Positions 56,030-64,000 of a DNA stretch of 64,000 bases are shown here, piece by piece. Numbering within the stretch: the stretch's first letter is position 1; each line of letters starts with the position of its first letter. The translations under genes were made by a program, and so were the position numbers. The notes beneath the pieces are model-generated. The model was not told where the DNA came from. It saw only the letters and a list, made by a program, of their open reading frames with translations, and made no database searches. The stretch comes from an uncultured bacterium (GTDB taxonomy: Bacteria > Oederibacteriota > Oederibacteriia > Oederibacteriales > Oederibacteriaceae): positions 1,120,001-1,184,000 of the forward strand of contig OZ218778.1 in assembly GCA_965112635.1 (NCBI GenBank), read 5' to 3'.

Positions 56030-57124
56030 ATGGGAGTTAAAGTCAAACCTATCGTCTTTCTATTGTCTTTAATTTTATTAGCAGCATCTTTTGCGGCTGT
56101 TGAGGCCGTGGTCGTTTCGGATGACGTGCCAGGTGGTGTGGAAATGACCACGACTGCTTCAACGGCAACTCCAACCCTTGTTCCAGTCCTTACCGCTGTT
56201 CCTTCGACCAAAAACGTTGTGGTTTCCACTCCTGTTGGACCGATATTAACCCCTGTGGTGCAATCCGTTGCGGTCACTCCTTTGCCGACTCCTTTGTCGC
56301 CAACCGCACCCAAGTTCCAAAAGATCTATTTTGTCTCCAATGTAGACGGCCAATGGTCGGTCTACAGCGTGAACCTGGATGGGACAGGCCAGATAAAGAT
56401 CACCAAGACCGACCTGTCCCTGAACCGCTGGAGCTATTATTCCCCGGTGGTTTCTCCCGACGGGAAAAATATGCTGTTGGTCATGACACGCAACGTCCGT
56501 TCTTATCTTTATCTTAGGGATATGGCTACTTCCAAAGGCAAACGCATTTCCGCGAGCACTGATTACGAGCTGGATCCGGCCTGGTCGGCGGACAACCAAG
56601 AGATGGCTTTTGTTTCCCTGAGGAACCGCAATATCCCGCAGGTCTTTGCGGCCCCTCGCCGAGGCTGGCCCGAAAAGCAGATCACCGAGGGGGACTGGCC
56701 TTGCACGCATCCTTGTTTTTCTCCTGACGGCAAAAGCATATGTTTTGTTTCCAAAAGGGACAACGTGGAATCCATCTATACGATGACTCTGGACGGCAAG
56801 GGCCTCAAGCGTTTGACCAATGCCGACTCCGCCGATTTTTATCCCTGCTGGTCCCCTGACGGCAAAGATGTCTTGTTCGTTTCTACGAGGGACAAAAAGT
56901 ACCAGATCTATACGACCGATGCGGCGACCGGAGTCCAAGCCACCAAGCTTTCTGATGGCCAAAGCAATGATAAGGACCCCTGCTATTCTCCCGATGGCCA
57001 GAGCATTGTTTTTGTTTCCGACAGGGACGGCAACGACGAGATCTACATGATGGATAAAGATGGAAAGAACCGGCGCCGTGTTACTTTTAATCATGCCAGT
57101 TCGAGGCAGCCCTGCTGGAGATGA
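56030..57124 (+). CDS. Secreted TolB-like PD40 beta-propeller protein with Thr/Pro-rich linker
   Basis: Signal peptide, TP-rich segment, repeated 'P.WSPDG..I.FVS.RDG'. Confidence 0.88.
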   Translation: MGVKVKPIVFLLSLILLAASFAAVEAVVVSDDVPGGVEMTTTASTATPTLVPVLTAVPSTKNVVVSTPVGPILTPVVQSVAVTPLPTPLSPTAPKFQKIYFVSNVDGQWSVYSVNLDGTGQIKITKTDLSLNRWSYYSPVVSPDGKNMLLVMTRNVRSYLYLRDMATSKGKRISASTDYELDPAWSADNQEMAFVSLRNRNIPQVFAAPRRGWPEKQITEGDWPCTHPCFSPDGKSICFVSKRDNVESIYTMTLDGKGLKRLTNADSADFYPCWSPDGKDVLFVSTRDKKYQIYTTDAATGVQATKLSDGQSNDKDPCYSPDGQSIVFVSDRDGNDEIYMMDKDGKNRRRVTFNHASSRQPCWR

Positions 57125-57639
57125 GCAAGCACGTCCTTTTGATCCTGCTGTTATTCAACTCTTTGGTCCTGTGGAGCGCAGACCAGGAGCTGGCCTCCTA
57201 TCGTTGCAGCCGGCAGACGGCGCCGCAGGGGGAGGGGTTTTACAACGCGCGGCTGGCCTGCCGGCTGCTGCATCTGGCAGTCATCAAAAAGGGCGAAGTT
57301 TTTTCCTTTAACGACACGGTCAGCAGGGTCCGGCGTTATTATAAGCCAGGGCCTTCCGTGGAAGGGCAGCAAACGGTGTTGAGCCTGGGCGGGGGGATCT
57401 GCCAGGTTTCGACAGCCTTGTACCAGGCAGCTTTAAAAGCCGGGCTGGAGATCGTCGAAAGCCATCATCATTCCAATTTTTTGCCCACTATTGATTACTG
57501 CAAGCCTGGTGAAGACGCCGCCATCAGCAGGCCTTATAAAGACTTGAGGATCAGGAATAACAAGGATTTTCCTATACAACTACAGGCGTTCACCGAGGAA
57601 AATAAGACCGTCATCATCAAGATCATGAGAAAAGAATAG
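57121..57639 (+). CDS. VanW-family protein
   Basis: 'GEVFSFND.V', 'GGGICQVSTALYQAAL.AGL', 'DLRIRN'; ATGA overlap with the upstream gene. Confidence 0.88.
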   Translation: MSKHVLLILLLFNSLVLWSADQELASYRCSRQTAPQGEGFYNARLACRLLHLAVIKKGEVFSFNDTVSRVRRYYKPGPSVEGQQTVLSLGGGICQVSTALYQAALKAGLEIVESHHHSNFLPTIDYCKPGEDAAISRPYKDLRIRNNKDFPIQLQAFTEENKTVIIKIMRKE

Positions 57640-57675
57640 ATTATCAGCGGGCCGGTGCGACCGCGGCTTCCTTGC

Positions 57676-57705
57676 TTGACAGGCTGATGATTTTTATATT
57701 ATATT
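57676..57705 (+). promoter_or_regulatory. Sigma70 promoter of the rplM operon
   Basis: TTGACA at 57676 with TATATT at 57700 (18-nt spacer). Confidence 0.6.
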
Positions 57706-57786
57706 ACAGCCCTTAACCTAACTGTCCTGTTCGCTTCTATCCCGAGCGCAGGCCTGTTAAACCTTATTTATAGATAGGAAAGGAAA

Positions 57787-58230
57787 ATGTTAAAAAGTAA
57801 GTCGACCTTAGCCAAGAATTCTGAAGTCATAAGGAAATGGTGGCTTGTGGATGGGACCGACCAGGTCCTGGGCAGGCTGAGCAGCAGAGTGGCCAGTTTG
57901 TTGCGCGGGAAACATAAACCGACCTATACTCCTTCCGTGGACACCGGCGACCACGTGGTCATCATCAACGCAAGCAAGATCCGTTTGACCGGAAAGAAAG
58001 CAGAACAAAAACTGGATTACAGGCATTCCGGTTACCCCGGTGGACAGCATTTTACCTTATACAAAGATTTACTGGCCAAAGATCCCGAGAAGATGGTGCT
58101 CTTGGCGGTCAAAGGGATGCTGCCCAAGAATTCCCTGGGCAGGAAAATGATCACCAAGCTCAGGGTGTATCGCGATGCCACCAATCCCCACGGCGCGCAA
58201 AAGCTGGAGCCTTATTCCTTAGTTAAATAA
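57787..58230 (+). CDS. rplM: 50S ribosomal protein L13
   Basis: '[22 protein letters not shown]', 'HSGYPGG', '[11 protein letters not shown]'. Confidence 0.98.
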   Translation: MLKSKSTLAKNSEVIRKWWLVDGTDQVLGRLSSRVASLLRGKHKPTYTPSVDTGDHVVIINASKIRLTGKKAEQKLDYRHSGYPGGQHFTLYKDLLAKDPEKMVLLAVKGMLPKNSLGRKMITKLRVYRDATNPHGAQKLEPYSLVK

Positions 58231-58246
58231 CAGGCCTTAGGGGGCA

Positions 58247-58636
58247 GTGATGGGACAGGGATGGGGCGGCCAGGAAAGAAGAGAGTCTCCCCGGGTCAAG
58301 GAAGCGGTCGGTATCCATTACCGGGTGCTGGAAAAAGATGAAGGAGCGGTCTCAGAAAGGTTCCTGCAGGCAGAGACCATCAATATCAGCGCGAACGGCT
58401 TGCTCCTGGTGACCAAGACGAGGCTGAGCGAGAACCAGAGCCTTATCATGGAAATAATTTTCGAGAAGCCGGAACAGCTGATCCAATGCCACGGCAGGGT
58501 GGTCTGGGTGAAGAAGGCCGAGGATCCTTATTATCATGTCGGCGTCGAGTTCATCCGGATGGAAGCGAAGACCAGCGAGTTGTTCAAGAAATATGTGCAG
58601 GAGATATTAGAAAAGGATTCTCCGACCCAAAGCTAA
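58247..58636 (+). CDS. Stand-alone PilZ-domain protein
   Basis: ERRESPR (RxxxR), NISANG (D/NxSxxG), 'GRVVW', 'VGVEF'; start GTG 58247 or ATG 58250. Confidence 0.88.
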   Translation: MMGQGWGGQERRESPRVKEAVGIHYRVLEKDEGAVSERFLQAETINISANGLLLVTKTRLSENQSLIMEIIFEKPEQLIQCHGRVVWVKKAEDPYYHVGVEFIRMEAKTSELFKKYVQEILEKDSPTQS

Positions 58637-58666
58637 AGCCGGGCCGGACCAATCGGTAAAGGAGAC

Positions 58667-59065
58667 ATGATGGCAGAAAGTTCATTTTTAGGCACCGGTA
58701 GGCGTAAAACCTCGCTGGCCCGCGTCATCCTGAGCAAAGGCGAGGGGAATCTCGTGATCAACGGGAAACCATCCGAGGATTACTTCAAAGGGCATGATTC
58801 CCTGGCCAAGGTGGTGAAAGGTCCTCTGGTCCTCACGGAGACTGGCAACCAATATGATATTTTAGTGAGCGCGAGCGGCGGAGGGAAAAGCAGTCAGGCT
58901 GGAGCAGTATCCTTGGGCATCGCCCGGGCCCTCATCCAGGTCAATCCGGAATTACGTCCGGTCTTGAGCAAAGCCGGGCTTTTACGCAGAGACCCGCGCA
59001 TGGTGGAGCGGAAGAAATACGGACAGCCGGGAGCCAGGAAAAGATTCCAGTTCTCCAAACGCTAG
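58667..59065 (+). CDS. rpsI: 30S ribosomal protein S9
   Basis: 'GTGRRKTS.ARV', 'GGGKSSQAGA', 'RDPRMVERKKYG..GARKRFQFSKR'. Confidence 0.98.
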   Translation: MMAESSFLGTGRRKTSLARVILSKGEGNLVINGKPSEDYFKGHDSLAKVVKGPLVLTETGNQYDILVSASGGGKSSQAGAVSLGIARALIQVNPELRPVLSKAGLLRRDPRMVERKKYGQPGARKRFQFSKR

Positions 59066-59080
59066 TCCTGAGGAGCATGT

Positions 59081-60517
59081 ATGTTCAGGGCAGAAAAGCT
59101 GCAAAAAACAGTTTTTCTGCCCTTTTTATTTACACTCTTCCTTTGGCTGGGTCTTGGTCCGGCCGTTCTGGCCGAAGATGTGGTGGACGTCACCGCCCAG
59201 CAGGAAGGCGACCGCTACGCGATCTATGGTGAAAACCGCGATCCCTGGGCCCCCTACCATGTTGTGGTCACTTTGCCCAAACTGGAAAATTTAAAAACTT
59301 CGGCCTCCTTGCCTTTTCCAGCCGTCCTTTCACCGACCTCCAAGGCGGTTTTGTTCTATCTGGACCCGGTAGACCCGCAGCAGAGCACCAATTTTTCCAC
59401 CAGCTTCACTTACGGCGTGGGAGACCCCAACATCGTTCCCGACGGTTACAAATACCTCCTTCCTTACGCGCATGGGACCAAGCACAACGTGTGTCAGGGG
59501 TATTTCGGCAGGCAAACCCATCAAAACTGCTATTGCCTGGATTTTGAAATGGACGAGGGGACCAACATTTGCGCCGCCAGGGACGGGATGGTCATCCGGG
59601 TCAAAGACGATTCCGACCGGGGCGGGCCCTCGCCGAGCTTCGAGCAAGACGCTAATGTGATAGAGGTCCTCCAGACGGACGGCACCCTGGCCGAGTATGC
59701 CCATCTCAAATACAAAGGGGTCTTGGTCAAGGTCGGCGACCATGTCGCCGCCGGCCAGATCATCGGCCTGAGCGGCAACACGGGCTATAGCTCTGGTCCG
59801 CACCTCCATTTCGTGGTAGAAAAGCCGGATTGGGGAGATCCCAAATCCATGGCCACGCAGTTTTTATCCAAGGACAACCAGGGGATATCCCTGGAGGAGG
59901 GCCGCGCCTATTATTCCTACCACCCGGATGGCCAGCCTTTTGAGGAAGTCTTGGCCGAGAAAATAAAGGAAGTCGAGCTGGAAAAGATACGAAAACAAGT
60001 GCCTCTGGACAATGAGCTCAAGATCCGGGAAGAGACCGTGGACTACAGGGTCTATATTTACTGCAGCAATGGGACTGCCAGTGCCCGGAGATTGACCTTG
60101 TCCTTCCCGGAAATGCAAAACTGTGTCAGCTCCAAGCCCGTCCCCTGCACCCTGGAGGTTCCCAACGGCAAAGAGATCTATTTTTTATATATGACCAGAC
60201 AGGATTTTGAGGATCCCTTTAGTTATTCCTCGCAGGTAGAGGCCACGGATAAGGAACTGGATACCCCGGCGATGGATGCCCAATATGCCCTGACCAAGGG
60301 TGATGCGGCTTATTTGAGTGAAAAGTATTCCGTAGCTAGGGATTGGTATAGTCTGGCCTTGGACAAAGGCAGCGCCGAGGCCATGTACCATATGGGATTG
60401 ATGTATGAAAAAGGCCAGGGCGTGCAGGCCGATGTTGATCAGGCCAAGCAGTGGTACCAAAAAGCCGTGGACGCGGGTTTTGTCGGCGCGCAGATGGAAT
60501 TGGACCGTTTAAAGTAA
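59081..60517 (+). CDS. Secreted M23-family peptidase with C-terminal Sel1 repeat
   Basis: 'AARDG.V', 'YAHL', 'SGNTGYSSGPHLHF'; 'AMYHMGLMYEKGQGV..D..QA..WYQKA'. Confidence 0.88.
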   Translation: MFRAEKLQKTVFLPFLFTLFLWLGLGPAVLAEDVVDVTAQQEGDRYAIYGENRDPWAPYHVVVTLPKLENLKTSASLPFPAVLSPTSKAVLFYLDPVDPQQSTNFSTSFTYGVGDPNIVPDGYKYLLPYAHGTKHNVCQGYFGRQTHQNCYCLDFEMDEGTNICAARDGMVIRVKDDSDRGGPSPSFEQDANVIEVLQTDGTLAEYAHLKYKGVLVKVGDHVAAGQIIGLSGNTGYSSGPHLHFVVEKPDWGDPKSMATQFLSKDNQGISLEEGRAYYSYHPDGQPFEEVLAEKIKEVELEKIRKQVPLDNELKIREETVDYRVYIYCSNGTASARRLTLSFPEMQNCVSSKPVPCTLEVPNGKEIYFLYMTRQDFEDPFSYSSQVEATDKELDTPAMDAQYALTKGDAAYLSEKYSVARDWYSLALDKGSAEAMYHMGLMYEKGQGVQADVDQAKQWYQKAVDAGFVGAQMELDRLK

Positions 60518-60545
60518 TCATGAGTCCTATTGTTTTCCCTGTGCC

Positions 60546-60574
60546 TTGACAGTTTTTAAGGCAAGTGCTATATT
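60546..60574 (+). promoter_or_regulatory. Sigma70 promoter of the pyr operon
   Basis: TTGACA-17 nt-TATATT with extended -10 TG. Confidence 0.8.
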
Positions 60575-60596
60575 CACTCAGGTTCAGAAACAAATA

Positions 60597-60693
60597 CCCT
60601 TTAAACTAGTTCAGAGAAACTAGGAAGGGAATAAAAAATGAAAAATATAAACCATGTCAGCCTTCTTGCAAATCATGCGGGAAGGCTTTTTTT
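60597..60693 (+). promoter_or_regulatory. PyrR-binding RNA element and attenuator terminator
   Basis: CCCTTTAA..AGTTCAGAGAAACT..GAAGGG resembles the PyrR binding loop (CUUUAA..AGUCCAGAGAGGCU..GAAGG); followed by the AGCCTTCTTGCA/TGCGGGAAGGCT stem and a T7 tract. Confidence 0.85.
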
Positions 60694-60740
60694 ATGCCTG
60701 CAACCCTATTTTTTCACCAGAGAACCCCAAAGGAGTTACC

Positions 60741-61277
60741 ATGGAAACCACTAAGATTATGGACGAGAGCAGTTTACAGAGGACCATCACCCGCATGGCC
60801 CACGAGATGGTGGAGCGCAACAAGGGCGTCAAGGACATGGTTTTGGTGGGCATCCATACCCACGGTGTGTTCCTGGCCAGGAGATTGGCCGCTGAGATTG
60901 AAAAGATAGAAAAGACCAGCCTGCCTGTCGGGACTCTGGACATCAGTTTTTACCGCGACGACACTTCCAAGGTCATCAAGGCCGAAGTGCAAAAGACCGA
61001 CATCCCCTTTGACATCAACGACAAGCGGGTCATCCTGGTGGACGACGTGCTTTACACGGGCCGTTCCACCCGGGCCGGCCTGGACGCTTTGATCGACCTG
61101 GGACGGCCCAAGGTCATTCAGCTGGCGGTTCTCATTGACCGGGGGCACCGGGAACTGCCCATCCGCGCGGATTATGTGGGTAAGAACATCCCCACGGCCT
61201 ACCCGGAGGAGGTCAAAGTGCGGTTCAAGGACGCGGGCGAGGAAGAAGGAGTCTTTATCCAGAAAGGAAAGAGCTGA
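60741..61277 (+). CDS. pyrR: Bifunctional pyrimidine regulator PyrR / uracil phosphoribosyltransferase
   Basis: '[11 protein letters not shown]', 'LDISFYRDD', '[13 protein letters not shown]', '[17 protein letters not shown]'; ATG after AAGGAG. Confidence 0.96.
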   Translation: METTKIMDESSLQRTITRMAHEMVERNKGVKDMVLVGIHTHGVFLARRLAAEIEKIEKTSLPVGTLDISFYRDDTSKVIKAEVQKTDIPFDINDKRVILVDDVLYTGRSTRAGLDALIDLGRPKVIQLAVLIDRGHRELPIRADYVGKNIPTAYPEEVKVRFKDAGEEEGVFIQKGKS

Positions 61278-62269
61278 TGGAGTGGACCAGGAAAAATCTC
61301 TTGACGCTTGAGGAACTTTCCAGCGAAGAGATACAGCTCATTTTGGACACGGCCGAATCTTTCAAAGAGGTCACCCAGAGGGAGATCAAAAAAGTCCCCA
61401 CCCTGCGGGGCAAGACCATGGTCAACCTTTTCTACGAACCCAGCACCCGCACCCGGACCTCCTTTGAGCTGGCGGGCAAGAGATTATCCGCCGACGTCAT
61501 CAACATCGCGGTGCAATCGAGCAGCGTGGTCAAAGGCGAGACGCTTCTGGACACCGCGAGGACCTTGCTGGCCATGAACGTGGATATGATTATCATGCGG
61601 CATTCCTGCGCCGGAGCCCCTTATTTTCTGTCACAAAACGTGAAAGCTTCCATTATCAATGCCGGCGACGGCCGGCATGAGCATCCCACGCAGGGACTGC
61701 TTGACCTTTTTACCCTGAGGGAAAAAAAGAAAACCATCAAAGGTTTGAAAGTCGCCATCGTGGGCGATATCGCCCACAGCCGAGTGGCGCGCTCCAACAT
61801 GTGGGGCCTGTTAAAGATGGGCGCGGAGGTCAGGATGGTCGGGCCGGCCACCCTGGTGCCGGAGTGGATGAAAGATTTCGGGGTCAAGATATTCCACGAC
61901 CTTAAAAAAGGTTTGGAAGGCGTGGACGCGGTCAATGTCCTGCGCCTGCAGCTGGAGCGCCAGCAAAAAGGCCTGTTCCCGACCGTGCGAGAGTACGCCA
62001 AGCTCTACGGCATCAACTCCCGGGTCATGCAGGTGTGCCATCCGGATTGCGTGGTCCTGCATCCAGGGCCCATGAACAGGGGAGTGGAGATCTCCTCCGG
62101 GGTCGCGGACGCCCCTTATTCGGTCATCACCGAGCAGGTCACCAACGGCGTGGCGGTCAGGATGGCGGCCCTTTACCTCATCGGCGGGGGCCGGATCAGC
62201 GAGGAACAGTCCAGCGCAGCTCCGGCCGGCCAGAGCATCACCCAGCCTGCGGCAAAGGGGGTGGCCTGA
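61277..62269 (+). CDS. pyrB: Aspartate carbamoyltransferase catalytic subunit
   Basis: [21 protein letters not shown]. Confidence 0.97.
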   Translation: MEWTRKNLLTLEELSSEEIQLILDTAESFKEVTQREIKKVPTLRGKTMVNLFYEPSTRTRTSFELAGKRLSADVINIAVQSSSVVKGETLLDTARTLLAMNVDMIIMRHSCAGAPYFLSQNVKASIINAGDGRHEHPTQGLLDLFTLREKKKTIKGLKVAIVGDIAHSRVARSNMWGLLKMGAEVRMVGPATLVPEWMKDFGVKIFHDLKKGLEGVDAVNVLRLQLERQQKGLFPTVREYAKLYGINSRVMQVCHPDCVVLHPGPMNRGVEISSGVADAPYSVITEQVTNGVAVRMAALYLIGGGRISEEQSSAAPAGQSITQPAAKGVA

Positions 62270-63561
62270 TGAAAATCCTCATCCAGCAAGCCAGGGTCAT
62301 TGACCCGTCCCAGAAGATCGACGGGGTGATGGACCTGCTCCTTGACCAGGGCAAGATCGTCAAGGTGGGAGGCCAGATCGCCGAGAATGGGGCCAAGATC
62401 CTCAAGGCCAAAGGACTGGTGGTTTGCCCCGGTTTGATCGATATGCACGTGCATTTACGCGAACCCGGTCAGGAGCACAAAGAGACCATTGCCAGCGGCA
62501 CCCGGGCGGCGGCCAACGGAGGGTTCACCTCGGTGGCCTGCATGCCCAACACCGACCCGGTCACGGACAACCAGTCCGTGGTGGAGTTCATCCTGTCCAA
62601 GGCTGAATTAGAGGGCGCGGTCCATGTATTCCCCATAGGTGCTATCACCAAAAAGTCCGAGGGAGAGGAGCTGGCCGAGATCGGCGAGCTCAAACAGGCC
62701 GGGGCCGTTGCCATTTCGGACGACGGCAAGCCGGTGATGAGCGCGGAGATCATGCGCCGGGCCATGCAATACGCCAAGATGTTCGACCTGGCCGTCATCG
62801 ACCACTGCGAGGACAAGACTCTGACCGTGGACGGGGTGATGAACGAGGGGGTTGTTTCCACCAAGCTGGGACTGCCGGGCATGCCCTCGGTGGCCGAGGA
62901 GATCATGGTCCGCAGGGACATCGCCCTGGCCCAGGCCACGGGCGCCAGGTTTCACGCGTGCCATGTGACCACCCGGGAGGCCGTAGAAGCCATCCGCCAG
63001 GCCAAAAAGCAGGGCATCAAGGTCACGGCAGAGACCGCCCCGCACTATTTCATCCTGGACCAGGAGGCTCTGCTGACCTATTCCACGTTCGCCAAGATGA
63101 ACCCGCCCTTGCGGACCAAGCAGGATGTCGAGGCTGTCCGGCAGGGTTTGGCGGACGGCACCATTGACAGCATCGCCACGGACCACGCGCCGCACAGCTC
63201 CCTGGACAAGGAGCTGGAGTTCCAGTACGCGGCCTTTGGCATCGTGGGTTTGGAGACCGCCTTGGCCTTATCGCTGACCTTTTTGGTCCAGCCGAAGATA
63301 TTGACCCTGAGCCAGCTCATAGAAAAATACACGACTGGCCCGGCGGGGATCCTCAACCTGGACCGAGGCACTCTGCGGCCTGGAGCGCCGGGGGATGTGA
63401 CGGTCTTTGACCCGGAGGCGGAGTGGGTCGTGGACAAGGAGAAATTTTTAAGCCGCAGCCGCAACACGCCCTTCCATGGCTGGAAGCTCAAAGGCAAGGT
63501 CATCCACACTATCGTGGACGGCGAGATGGTCATCGAGGACGGGGCGCTAAAGAAAGCTTAA
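62269..63561 (+). CDS. pyrC: Dihydroorotase (type I)
   Basis: DMHVHLREPG, MPNT, KMNPPLR, IATDHAPH, SRNTPF; ATG overlaps the pyrB TGA. Confidence 0.96.
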   Translation: MKILIQQARVIDPSQKIDGVMDLLLDQGKIVKVGGQIAENGAKILKAKGLVVCPGLIDMHVHLREPGQEHKETIASGTRAAANGGFTSVACMPNTDPVTDNQSVVEFILSKAELEGAVHVFPIGAITKKSEGEELAEIGELKQAGAVAISDDGKPVMSAEIMRRAMQYAKMFDLAVIDHCEDKTLTVDGVMNEGVVSTKLGLPGMPSVAEEIMVRRDIALAQATGARFHACHVTTREAVEAIRQAKKQGIKVTAETAPHYFILDQEALLTYSTFAKMNPPLRTKQDVEAVRQGLADGTIDSIATDHAPHSSLDKELEFQYAAFGIVGLETALALSLTFLVQPKILTLSQLIEKYTTGPAGILNLDRGTLRPGAPGDVTVFDPEAEWVVDKEKFLSRSRNTPFHGWKLKGKVIHTIVDGEMVIEDGALKKA

Positions 63562-63691
63562 GGTTCACGTCAAACATGCTGTATGACGCAATCGCCTTCG
63601 CCCTCAAGGTGCGCGTCCATGAGGACGTGAGCGGGAACGCATTATCACAAAGGCGATTGAAGTTTAAAATTTCAATAATCGGAGTGAGTGG

Positions 63692-64000
63692 TTGAAACAG
63701 AATAAAAAAGCAATACTGGTCCTGGAAGACGGCAGGCTGTTCGAGGGCCGTTCTTTCGGGGCAACAGGCGAAACCTACGGAGAAGTAGTTTTTAACACCA
63801 GCATCACGGGTTACCAGGAGATTTTGACCGACCCTTCCTATCATGGCCAGATCGTGACCATGACCTATACCCAGATAGGCAATTACGGCACCAATAGTCT
63901 GGACGAGGAGTCCACCAGGCCGTGGGTGGCCGGGTTCGTGGTCAAGGAATGTTCTTCCTGGACCAGCAATTACAGGGCCCAGGCCAGCCTGGACGATTAT
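63692..64000 (+). CDS. carA: Carbamoyl-phosphate synthase small subunit (3'-truncated by window end)
   Basis: TTG start; [54 protein letters not shown]. Confidence 0.95.
   Translation, partial: MKQNKKAILVLEDGRLFEGRSFGATGETYGEVVFNTSITGYQEILTDPSYHGQIVTMTYTQIGNYGTNSLDEESTRPWVAGFVVKECSSWTSNYRAQASLDDY

Noticed and set aside
60654-60740. N-terminal extension of PyrR in the ORF track
   Set aside because: Runs through the attenuator terminator; the SD-supported start is 60741
62035-62268. N-terminal extension of PyrC
   Set aside because: Overlaps pyrB by 235 nt; the real start is the TGATG overlap at 62269

Overview
Chromosomal window from a diderm bacterium of moderate GC content (it encodes TolC/RND); the taxon cannot be assigned from sequence alone. 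Positions 1-30.6 kb form a large surface-glycosylation locus: five ArnT/PMT-like GT-C membrane glycosyltransferases fused to PA14 domains, two further paralogous polytopic membrane proteins, three polyprenol-phosphate GT2 enzymes, a B12-radical SAM enzyme, sugar oxidoreductases and seven SAM methyltransferases. Next come glcD-like and GH123-like genes, an RND pump operon whose first ORF is an in-frame TetR-signal peptide-TolC fusion with no adaptor gene, and a gnd-HAD-PPi-PFK-like-LarA-like operon. The rest holds mgtA, GH5, pdxB (apparent ATA start), pckG, four tRNAs, rplM-[PilZ]-rpsI and a PyrR-attenuated pyrR-pyrB-pyrC-carA operon. The strongest candidates for novelty are the TetR-TolC polyprotein, the GT-C/PA14 methylated-glycan locus, the LarA/PFK-like/gnd sugar-acid pathway and the PilZ gene inside the L13-S9 operon. 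No transposase, integrase or CRISPR array was seen. All product calls come from motif recognition by eye, not database searches.
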